DNA of 64,000 nucleotides from Candidatus Hodarchaeota archaeon (GTDB lineage Archaea > Asgardarchaeota > Lokiarchaeia > Sigyniarchaeales > SOKP01), in contig JBHLJZ010000006.1 in assembly GCA_048887165.1 (NCBI GenBank), positions 8,210 through 72,209 of the forward strand, read 5' to 3'. Shown here one piece after another: positions 53,788 to 64,000 of the stretch. The stretch's first letter is position 1. Each line of letters opens with the position of its first letter. Both the position numbers and the translations under genes were made by a program. The notes under the pieces are model-generated. The model was not told the DNA's origin and made no database searches. It saw only the letters and a program-made list of their open reading frames with translations.

Positions 53788-55200
53788 TTAGAGTTTTGCT
53801 TGCTTTTCTAAATGGATTTGAGAGCGCTTCTCTTTAACTAAAGTTAATTTATCCCCATCTAATGGATAAAAATATATTGCAATTATTGCAATAAGCAACG
53901 CAATTGCTGGATAAATAAACATTAAACTTCGCAATTCGAAATCAGGTATATCAATTGGATTGAATTGGCCCCAATCGGCGATGAGAAAGACTGGACCGAT
54001 AATAAGAAACACAAATACCGTAGCAAAACGTTGAAAGAAAATGTTTACTCCATAATATCCTCCTTCTCTACGAATGCCCGTCTTCACCTCATCTTCATCA
54101 ACTATATCAGCAATAATTATGTCTATTATGTATATAGAACCAGAAAGTCCAATTCCTATTAAAAAGAATACTATAAAAGCAATTATTTCTAACGAAGGCA
54201 TCGTTGTATTGAGAAAGAACAATGGAGCAAGAGTAATTATCCAAATAGTCATCGATATCAACCATGATTTTCGAGGACCAATTCTTTGAACTAAAGGTTT
54301 CCAGAGGATCGTCATAAAAAGAGCTGCTGATAAAAAAGTAACTCCTAATAAAAGAGAAATCATTAAAGGATCTTCAAATCCTAAAATAAATTCACCATAT
54401 AGAGGCACTATTGTCGGTAACATTCCATAAACGAACCAATTTGCGATTTCAGCAGGAATATACCTCATAAAACTTTTACTTTTTACACAAAACTTAAGCG
54501 TATTAAAGAAATTAGGAGCAGTTTTATAATCCTCAGTAAATTCACTCCTTCCCTTTGGAGAGAATTTCAAAAATAAGAGTCCAGGAATGATGATTATAAT
54601 ACCTACAATAAATGCGAATAAAGGATATTCTCCTGGATTTGGAGCAGTATAACTTGAAATAAAAATACCAGGTAAGATAAAAGCGGAAATTAATCCAACT
54701 ATAGCGAATAATTGTCTAGTATTGTTTCCTTTAGTCCTCTCTTCAACAGATATAAATATTTCGGGAAATAACGAAGTAAAGTTGATATCATACATAGTAA
54801 AGAACAGTTCGAAGAGAATAATGATAATAAGAAAATATATGAAATTTATAATATCATTAGTGACTCCGAAAGTAAAGGGTGGAATGAATAGCAAGATCAG
54901 AATAACTGCAATCGGAATTAACGAAAGCATTATCCATGGAAATCTACGACCCCATCTTGTGTGGGTCCTATCTGATAAATAACCGATAAAAGTATCGTTA
55001 AAGCTATTCCATATTGACCATATGACAAATCCAATAGATATCAATAAGATATCAATTCCCACAACAGCAAAGTAAAATGTGAAAGTTAAAAATGTAAATG
55101 CCTGATACGATGCAATGTCTGATAATTGACCAATACTATAAGCAACCGCTCGCTTATATGAAAATTTTTGTTCTGTTGAATCTAATTCAATTTTGCTCAT
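53788..55200 (-). CDS. GPH-family glycoside:cation symporter (paralogue)
   Basis: 470 aa with GYLSDRTHTRWGRRFPWI, collinear with 52255-53646. Confidence 0.8.
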   Translation of the reverse strand: MSKIELDSTEQKFSYKRAVAYSIGQLSDIASYQAFTFLTFTFYFAVVGIDILLISIGFVIWSIWNSFNDTFIGYLSDRTHTRWGRRFPWIMLSLIPIAVILILLFIPPFTFGVTNDIINFIYFLIIIILFELFFTMYDINFTSLFPEIFISVEERTKGNNTRQLFAIVGLISAFILPGIFISSYTAPNPGEYPLFAFIVGIIIIIPGLLFLKFSPKGRSEFTEDYKTAPNFFNTLKFCVKSKSFMRYIPAEIANWFVYGMLPTIVPLYGEFILGFEDPLMISLLLGVTFLSAALFMTILWKPLVQRIGPRKSWLISMTIWIITLAPLFFLNTTMPSLEIIAFIVFFLIGIGLSGSIYIIDIIIADIVDEDEVKTGIRREGGYYGVNIFFQRFATVFVFLIIGPVFLIADWGQFNPIDIPDFELRSLMFIYPAIALLIAIIAIYFYPLDGDKLTLVKEKRSQIHLEKQAKL

Positions 55201-55371
55201 AATTTAACTACAAATTTTTGTTTAAATGATCATATTTCCCTCTATTCAAATAAAAAACTTCCTTTTCTTCAATAGAGTTTTATTAGATATTAATATTAGA
55301 CAAAAATAAATATTGTTTTAACATTCTAAAAGAATATAACTATATATGATTCCAAAAAAGATATATTAAAA

Positions 55372-56811
55372 ATGAATTTAAACAAATTATTTAAACCACA
55401 ATCTATGGCCGTTGTAGGAATTTCCAAAAAAAATCCTTTAAGCCCTGGACGAATTGTAATGCTAAAGAACGAATTTGAGATGCAAGTAAAAGTTTATGGA
55501 ATTTATCCTGCTGGAGGGGAAATAGAAGGAATTTCTTTATACGATCGTTTAGATAATTTACCAGAAATACCTGATCTCCTAGTTATTGCGGTTGGACCTG
55601 ATGATACCATAGGATATATTCAAGATTGTGCTAATCTGGGTATTCCCGCAGCAGTGATAATTGGTGGCGGTTTTGCGGAAACAGGAATTAAAGGAAAAAA
55701 AAGACAAGACAAATTAGAAAAGATCGCATTTGAGAATGATATTGCAGTTGTTGGTCCAAATTGCCTTGGCGTATATGCACCTCCACTTGTAGATACTATA
55801 TTTTTACCTACAGAACGTATCACTCGCCCACCAAAAGGCTCTGTAGCGCTAATAAGTCAATCTGGAGGCGTGCTCGTTGATCAATTCTTCGTAAAATTCC
55901 AAGAGAGACATATTGGAGTCTCCACGGCAGTATCGATTGGTAATCGGGCTGTTGTTGATGAGGTAATGCTATTGGATTATTTTAGCAAGGTTGATCCTGA
56001 AACCTCCAATATCGCATTTTATTTAGAAGGATTTAAGGAGGGTCGAGCGCGTGAATTTATAAGATTAGCCAAGGAATCTGAAGACACTGTTATTGTCTTT
56101 TTTGGAGGAAAGACTCGTGAGGGAAAAGTGGCTACACTTTCTCATACTGCAAGTTTAGCTGGTAATTTTAAAATAACATATGCGGCTTTAAGGCAAAATT
56201 ATGTTATTCAACCACATTCAGAAAGAGAATTATTAACCTCTTTGAAAGTTTATGATGTTCTTTCACATCGCAAAAATCCCTTTGGCAAAAATGTAGTAAC
56301 ATTTGGTAATGTGGCTATCGTATCTGTTTCAGGTGGACATGGAGTACTTGCCGCAGACATGTTGAAAACATATGGTTTGAATCGTGTAGATTTTACAAAA
56401 GAAGAAAAATATGAAATGGAAAGTTTAATAAATCCTGTTGCTCGTGAAATCGCATCATTCAATAATCCAATAGATCTTACTGGATCAGTTTTAGATACGG
56501 ATATTGAAAACATTATTCGTTATTTATCTGATATTGAACGAATAGAGTGCATTATTCTTCTCTTATTACCTTATCCACCAAATATATCCTTTCAAATAGG
56601 GAGAAGGATTGCTAACATTGTTTCAACTAAAAGAAAACCAACCGTGTGTTTTGTTCCTTATGTTCCAAAATATTCATTAATCATTGAATCATTAGAATTG
56701 GCTTATATTCCTGTATTTCATTCAATAAAAGAGACGGTCCAAGCGGTTTCTGCTCTAAAACACCGGACGAGAATTGATAATGTGAAAAAAGGAAATGTAT
56801 ATTGGGAATAA
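55372..56811 (+). CDS. ADP-forming acyl-CoA synthetase alpha-type subunit (CoA-binding + ligase-CoA domains)
   Basis: 479 aa with LFKPQSMAVVGISKK, ALISQSGG and VATLSHTASLAG (phosphohistidine loop). There is no ATP-grasp beta subunit adjacent. Confidence 0.7.
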   Translation: MNLNKLFKPQSMAVVGISKKNPLSPGRIVMLKNEFEMQVKVYGIYPAGGEIEGISLYDRLDNLPEIPDLLVIAVGPDDTIGYIQDCANLGIPAAVIIGGGFAETGIKGKKRQDKLEKIAFENDIAVVGPNCLGVYAPPLVDTIFLPTERITRPPKGSVALISQSGGVLVDQFFVKFQERHIGVSTAVSIGNRAVVDEVMLLDYFSKVDPETSNIAFYLEGFKEGRAREFIRLAKESEDTVIVFFGGKTREGKVATLSHTASLAGNFKITYAALRQNYVIQPHSERELLTSLKVYDVLSHRKNPFGKNVVTFGNVAIVSVSGGHGVLAADMLKTYGLNRVDFTKEEKYEMESLINPVAREIASFNNPIDLTGSVLDTDIENIIRYLSDIERIECIILLLLPYPPNISFQIGRRIANIVSTKRKPTVCFVPYVPKYSLIIESLELAYIPVFHSIKETVQAVSALKHRTRIDNVKKGNVYWE

Positions 56812-56887
56812 ATTTATAATTTTTCTTCAATAATTTTCAATAGAGAAATTGAATCAAATTATTATTTAAAATAGGAGAAATTTAGAA

Positions 56888-57775
56888 ATGGAAGAAAAAA
56901 TAGGTTGGATTGGAACAGGAGTTATGGGTAAGTCCATGTGTGCACATCTTATTGATGCCGGTCATGAAGTTTCAGTATACAATCGAACGAAAGAAAAAGC
57001 GCTTGATTTAGTTAATAAGGGCGCTACTTGGTGTTCAAGCCCTAAAGATGTCTCTGAGAAAAGCGACATTGTTTTTACAATTGTAGGATTCCCTCAAGAT
57101 GTAAAAGAAGTATATTTTGGAGAGGAGGGAATTCTCAAAGGAATAAGAAAAGGAGGAATTATCGTTGATATGACCACTTCTGAGCCAACTTTAGCAAAAG
57201 AGATATATGATAAAGCAAAAATGATTGGAGTATCATCTATTGATGCTCCTGTCTCAGGTGGAGATATTGGTGCTCGTGAGGGGACTTTAGCAATTATGGC
57301 AGGCGGAGATAAAGATATATATGATAAGATTTTCCCACTTTTTGAACTAATGGGTAAGAATATCGCATATATGGGTAAAACAGGAGCAGGACAACACACT
57401 AAAATGAGTAATCAAATTCTTATAGCCTCAACCATGATTGGCGTTGTAGAGTCTCTTCTATACGCTTATAAAGCAGGAAATGATTTAGGAGAGGTAATTA
57501 ATGTTATAGGGAAAGGAGCTGCCGGCTGTTGGTCAATTAACAATCTTGGTCCAAGAATTGTTGATGGAAATTTCGACCCAGGATTTTTTATAAAACATTT
57601 TGTTAAAGATATGGGGATAGCATTACAGGAGGCAAAACAGATGAACCTTTCATTACCTGGTTTGGCTCTTGCTTATCAGTTCTATGTTTCTGCCATGGCA
57701 GTAGGTTTAGAGAATCTTGGAACTCAAGGACTCTACAAAGTATTTGCAAATATGAATGGTATCGAACTTAAATAA
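56888..57775 (+). CDS. NAD(P)-dependent 3-hydroxyacid dehydrogenase (HIBADH / tartronate-semialdehyde reductase family)
   Basis: 295 aa with the Rossmann motif GWIGTGVMGKSMCAHL, then DAPVSGG..GA.EGTLAIMAGG and KMSNQIL. Confidence 0.8.
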   Translation: MEEKIGWIGTGVMGKSMCAHLIDAGHEVSVYNRTKEKALDLVNKGATWCSSPKDVSEKSDIVFTIVGFPQDVKEVYFGEEGILKGIRKGGIIVDMTTSEPTLAKEIYDKAKMIGVSSIDAPVSGGDIGAREGTLAIMAGGDKDIYDKIFPLFELMGKNIAYMGKTGAGQHTKMSNQILIASTMIGVVESLLYAYKAGNDLGEVINVIGKGAAGCWSINNLGPRIVDGNFDPGFFIKHFVKDMGIALQEAKQMNLSLPGLALAYQFYVSAMAVGLENLGTQGLYKVFANMNGIELK

Positions 57776-57928
57776 AATTTCTATCTATATTTTAATAGGA
57801 ATTTAAGTTATATGGTATCGAAATCTAATCAAACATTTTTATTTACCCTTTTTTGATAATAATGTATAAAAAAGTGTATTGCTTAAGAAATCCTTAATTA
57901 AATTCGTTCAATATTCAAGGTTTTTATA

Positions 57929-58201
57929 TTGGGAAAGAAAAAGTGGGAAGATGTAATAATTAGTGATAATAATGTTGTTCTAGGAAAAAAGATTATTAAA
58001 ACATTAGGTGGAGTAAAAGTTATATGTAAATCTCAAAATGTTTTAGTGGGTGCAAAATGGAGAGTTAAAGCTCCAAATGAATTGAAGAAAATTGCTTATA
58101 AGTTAGGTGCTAATGCTATCATAAATGCGGGATTTAGAGGAATCAGAGATCAACACTTGTATTACAATGGAACTGCGGTAGTAATAGAGGATGAAGAGTG
58201 A
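57929..58201 (+). CDS. Small YbjQ/UPF0145-like protein (tentative)
   Basis: 90 aa, TTG start. LKKIAYKLGANAIINAGFRG...GTAVVIE resembles the YbjQ family core. Weak call. Confidence 0.35.
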   Translation: MGKKKWEDVIISDNNVVLGKKIIKTLGGVKVICKSQNVLVGAKWRVKAPNELKKIAYKLGANAIINAGFRGIRDQHLYYNGTAVVIEDEE

Positions 58202-58223
58202 TTTTTCTCTACAAACTAAGAAT

Positions 58224-59039
58224 TTAAGTCACATCTATAATTTTATCAATTTGTTCGATTGATTTTTTCACATAATCATTATCTTTTATTAATAAAGTAA
58301 TTGCTTTTTGAGGACAAATATCAACACAGCGTCCGCATCCTCTACATTCATCAGAAATTACAGCTCGATTATCAATTAGATGAATAGCATCAACAAAACA
58401 TATCCCTTTACTACATGTTCCACAACCGATGCATTTGTCTGTAACTTTAACTTCTATACCATGCATTCTTTGAATTTTTGTCCCAATTTTGGGATCTAGA
58501 ATCGGAGAGATACGCCATAGACAACAACATGGATCGCAATTACATATGCTCAATAATTTGTATCCTGGTTTTACCCCTAACCATTGCTTGTCCAATAAAT
58601 TTCTGCCAATCATATGAACTAAACCCGCTTCTTTGCATTTTTTAATATGCTCAATAGCTTCTTTCTTTGAGACAAGTTTACCTAATTGAGGATTAATTCC
58701 CAGGACTGCCTCACCAAGAAAAAGACACCCTAAATCGATGGGATAATCTTTACAGTGCATTGATTCTCTGCATATACAGAAATTCATAACCCAATGGTAG
58801 TTTGCTTTCTCAATAAAGTAGTTTAAAACTTCTGTTGGTAAAATTGTGTCTGATTCCTTATCTAATTCTTTATTAATTGAAATGACAGTATCTTTTGGTA
58901 AATATATTATATCATCCCCCTCAAATAACAGTTTGTCAAAAACTCGACCTAGAATCGGTATTTTTGTTAATTTTGCGATAAATTTTATGTTTGGAAATGT
59001 TTTTTCTAAAATATTTACAAACCAGAGTGGTCTTGCCAT
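58224..59039 (-). CDS. Cys-rich Fe-S protein with a C-terminal 2x[4Fe-4S] ferredoxin domain
   Basis: 271 aa with CIGCGTCSKGIC and CRGCGRCVDICP, plus upstream Cys clusters (FCICRESMHC, ICNCDPCCC). Confidence 0.65.
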   Translation of the reverse strand: MARPLWFVNILEKTFPNIKFIAKLTKIPILGRVFDKLLFEGDDIIYLPKDTVISINKELDKESDTILPTEVLNYFIEKANYHWVMNFCICRESMHCKDYPIDLGCLFLGEAVLGINPQLGKLVSKKEAIEHIKKCKEAGLVHMIGRNLLDKQWLGVKPGYKLLSICNCDPCCCLWRISPILDPKIGTKIQRMHGIEVKVTDKCIGCGTCSKGICFVDAIHLIDNRAVISDECRGCGRCVDICPQKAITLLIKDNDYVKKSIEQIDKIIDVT

Positions 59040-59101
59040 ACTATTTCATCAAATTATTGTTTAATTAGATTTATTTTTAAATCTATATAATAACTAATTT
59101 T

Positions 59102-62257
<3,156 letters not shown>

Positions 62258-62311
62258 TCAAAAAAACTCTATTCTATATCCAAAAGTAAAATCAAAAATC
62301 GATGAAGAGTG

Positions 62312-62959
62312 TTACTTTACTTCTGATTTAATTATTGATAACGCAACCTCAGTTAACCTTTTAATCTCATCATAATTCCGGGACGAAATTAACTCTTTTT
62401 TTACAATCCAACTTCCAGCACATGCAATAACATTGCTTAATTTAAGATAATCTATTAAAGAACCAGTATTTATTCCTCCTGTAGGTATAAATTTCGCATT
62501 TGAGTAAGGACCTGCTAAGGTTTTAAGCATTTTAGGCCCTCCAGATAAATCAGCTGGAAAAAACTTAAATATTTTCAGTCCTCTTTCAAGACCCCATTCT
62601 ACCATAGTTGGTGTATTGAGACCAGGAATAATTAAGATCTTTTCCTTTAAGCAATAATCTACAACTGTAGGATTAAAACCAGGTGTAACAATAAATTTTG
62701 CTCCTGCATTAACAGCTTTTTTAATTTGCTCGACCTTTAATATGGTACCTGCTCCAACTAATATATTGGGCATCTCCTTCGCGATATTTAATATTGCTTT
62801 TTCAGCAGCTTCAGTTCGAAAGGTTACTTCAATAATTGGTAGCCCAGCTTCTTCTAGAGTTTTAGCAAGAGCAATAGCGTTATCACTATTCTCTATAGTT
62901 GCAACAGGTACTAGCTTACAGTGTTCAATTACTTCAAATACATCCAAAATAAATCCCAA
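62312..62959 (-). CDS. eda: KDPG/KHG aldolase (Eda family)
   Basis: 215 aa with LVPVATIENSDNAIALAKTLEEAGLPIIEVTFRT, GAGTIL, AGAKFIVTPG, KFFPA and IPTGGI. Confidence 0.85.
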   Translation of the reverse strand: MGFILDVFEVIEHCKLVPVATIENSDNAIALAKTLEEAGLPIIEVTFRTEAAEKAILNIAKEMPNILVGAGTILKVEQIKKAVNAGAKFIVTPGFNPTVVDYCLKEKILIIPGLNTPTMVEWGLERGLKIFKFFPADLSGGPKMLKTLAGPYSNAKFIPTGGINTGSLIDYLKLSNVIACAGSWIVKKELISSRNYDEIKRLTEVALSIIKSEVK

Positions 62960-63013
62960 AATATTGAATAAAAATAATGTTAAATGAACAGAATATTTAA
63001 AAAATAATAATCT

Positions 63014-63610
63014 TTATTGTTTTAGTTTGATCTTCCATCTTGGATTATCAATAATCTCCGGTTTACCACTTTTTTCAATCACTAGTTTTTTAAATCCTTT
63101 TGTTTCAATCGTTTTATAATCATGACCCGCATCCGCTCTAAAAGCAAAAAAAGAAACTAAAGGTTCATCATCAGATATATTTATACTTCTATGAGCATAA
63201 TTAGGTGGGACATAAACTGAAACTCCCGGTTCCATTTCCTGAATTTCCACATTTCCTTCTAAATCTTCCATTAATAAATATCCATGACCTTTAATACAAT
63301 AATAAACCTCTGCAGTCTCTTGTATAGAATGAAAATGCCCTTTAGTCATAAAATATTCGTTTCCTACTTTACCAGGATAAAGAATAGTTGTTCCAAATGC
63401 TATATGCTCTGGTTCTTCTGGTAATCCAATTTCATAAAATTCGTAAACTAAAATGTCTTGCTTATTGACTATTTTTTTTAGAGTTTTATTATCTAAATAC
63501 ATACCATCCATATCAGAGAGCATCCTTTTTTTTGACTCTCTGTCAGGAGATAACCCATTACTTAAATTAAACCTAATTTTCATCGATTTAACATAATTTT
63601 TTTCATCCAA
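63014..63610 (-). CDS. pgiA: Cupin-type glucose-6-phosphate isomerase (archaeal cPGI)
   Basis: 198 aa with GNEYFMTKGHFH, EVYYCIKGHGYLLM, and the cupin metal ligands VPPNYAHRSIN. Confidence 0.75.
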   Translation of the reverse strand: MDEKNYVKSMKIRFNLSNGLSPDRESKKRMLSDMDGMYLDNKTLKKIVNKQDILVYEFYEIGLPEEPEHIAFGTTILYPGKVGNEYFMTKGHFHSIQETAEVYYCIKGHGYLLMEDLEGNVEIQEMEPGVSVYVPPNYAHRSINISDDEPLVSFFAFRADAGHDYKTIETKGFKKLVIEKSGKPEIIDNPRWKIKLKQ

Positions 63611-63629
63611 ATTTCAAACACCTGTTGAT

Positions 63630-64000
63630 TTATTTTACATTTAGAGCTATTTTTGAGATCTCTTCAAATTTGGGTCCACTTGTAGGGATTTTAATGTGAA
63701 ATACTTCAGCTATAGCTCTTGTCCATCCATGAAGAAAATAAACCCAACCATCTTCTATATGAAGATTTTTTTCTTTTTGTTGATTTTTTGCTTGCCTAAG
63801 AAAAAGCAAGTCTCCTCTATAATTATAATCCCATACAAAACCGTTTATTGGGAATTCAGCAGCGTCAGTTAAAGGAGATCCTGGAAAATCCTTACCTGAT
63901 CCAGTACCGTTTATCACTAATGAACCACTCTTCAAATTATTTACAATCTTATCATTATCCGCAGAATAAGGGTGATGTAAATATTCTATAGGAATTCCGG
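63630..64000 (-). CDS. Shikimate/quinate dehydrogenase-family protein, C-terminal part (the gene runs off the window end)
   Basis: The frame stays open upstream of the ORF-track Met all the way to position 64000 (..GIPIEYLHHPYSADNDKIVNNLKSGSLVINGTGSGKD..). LVINGTGSG...VWDYNYRG.LLFLRQA......IEDGWVYFLHGWTRAIAEVF matches the AroE-type NAD(P) domain pattern. Confidence 0.5.
   Translation of the reverse strand, partial: GIPIEYLHHPYSADNDKIVNNLKSGSLVINGTGSGKDFPGSPLTDAAEFPINGFVWDYNYRGDLLFLRQAKNQQKEKNLHIEDGWVYFLHGWTRAIAEVFHIKIPTSGPKFEEISKIALNVK

Overview
Visibly AT-rich (about 30% G+C by eye, not computed), densely coding archaeal chromosomal window with about 58 genes on both strands. I saw no rRNA, CRISPR array, transposase or integrase. 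The content points to an Asgard (Lokiarchaeia-like) archaeon, which is an inference. Supporting it are an hdrA-mvhD pair read through four in-frame UGA (selenocysteine) codons, a Rag/Gtr1-type GTPase, a longin-GTPase fusion, a gelsolin-like protein, four HEAT+LRR paralogues, a BUD23-like methyltransferase, ribosomal protein eS25, and an intron-containing tRNA-Ser. Housekeeping and metabolic genes: two tungsten-type aldehyde:ferredoxin oxidoreductases, RidA with a D-Ser/D-Thr PLP enzyme, hisS, pyrF, M24 peptidase, AMP phosphorylase, a RuBisCO-like protein, ATP-dependent DNA ligase, hisG-hisD-hisC, and a PfkB kinase. The 3' end carries a sugar-utilisation cluster (two GPH symporters, GH2 beta-galactosidase, KDPG aldolase, cupin PGI). 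The most interesting region is 32.7-41.2 kb. There, a two-gene cassette occurs twice: a membrane protein with a conserved TM-plus-cytoplasmic-tail module, coupled through a TAATG junction to a longin-like/double winged-helix protein. The two copies bracket a longin-small-GTPase fusion. I propose this is an uncharacterised receptor-adaptor-GTPase module. A second unexplained operon lies at 44.9-49.7 kb: a GG-terminated Ubl, a ThiI-like protein with a degenerate PP-loop, a double metallophosphoesterase, and two membrane-anchored hexapeptide-repeat proteins. All family calls come from reading motifs by eye in the translations. No database search was run.
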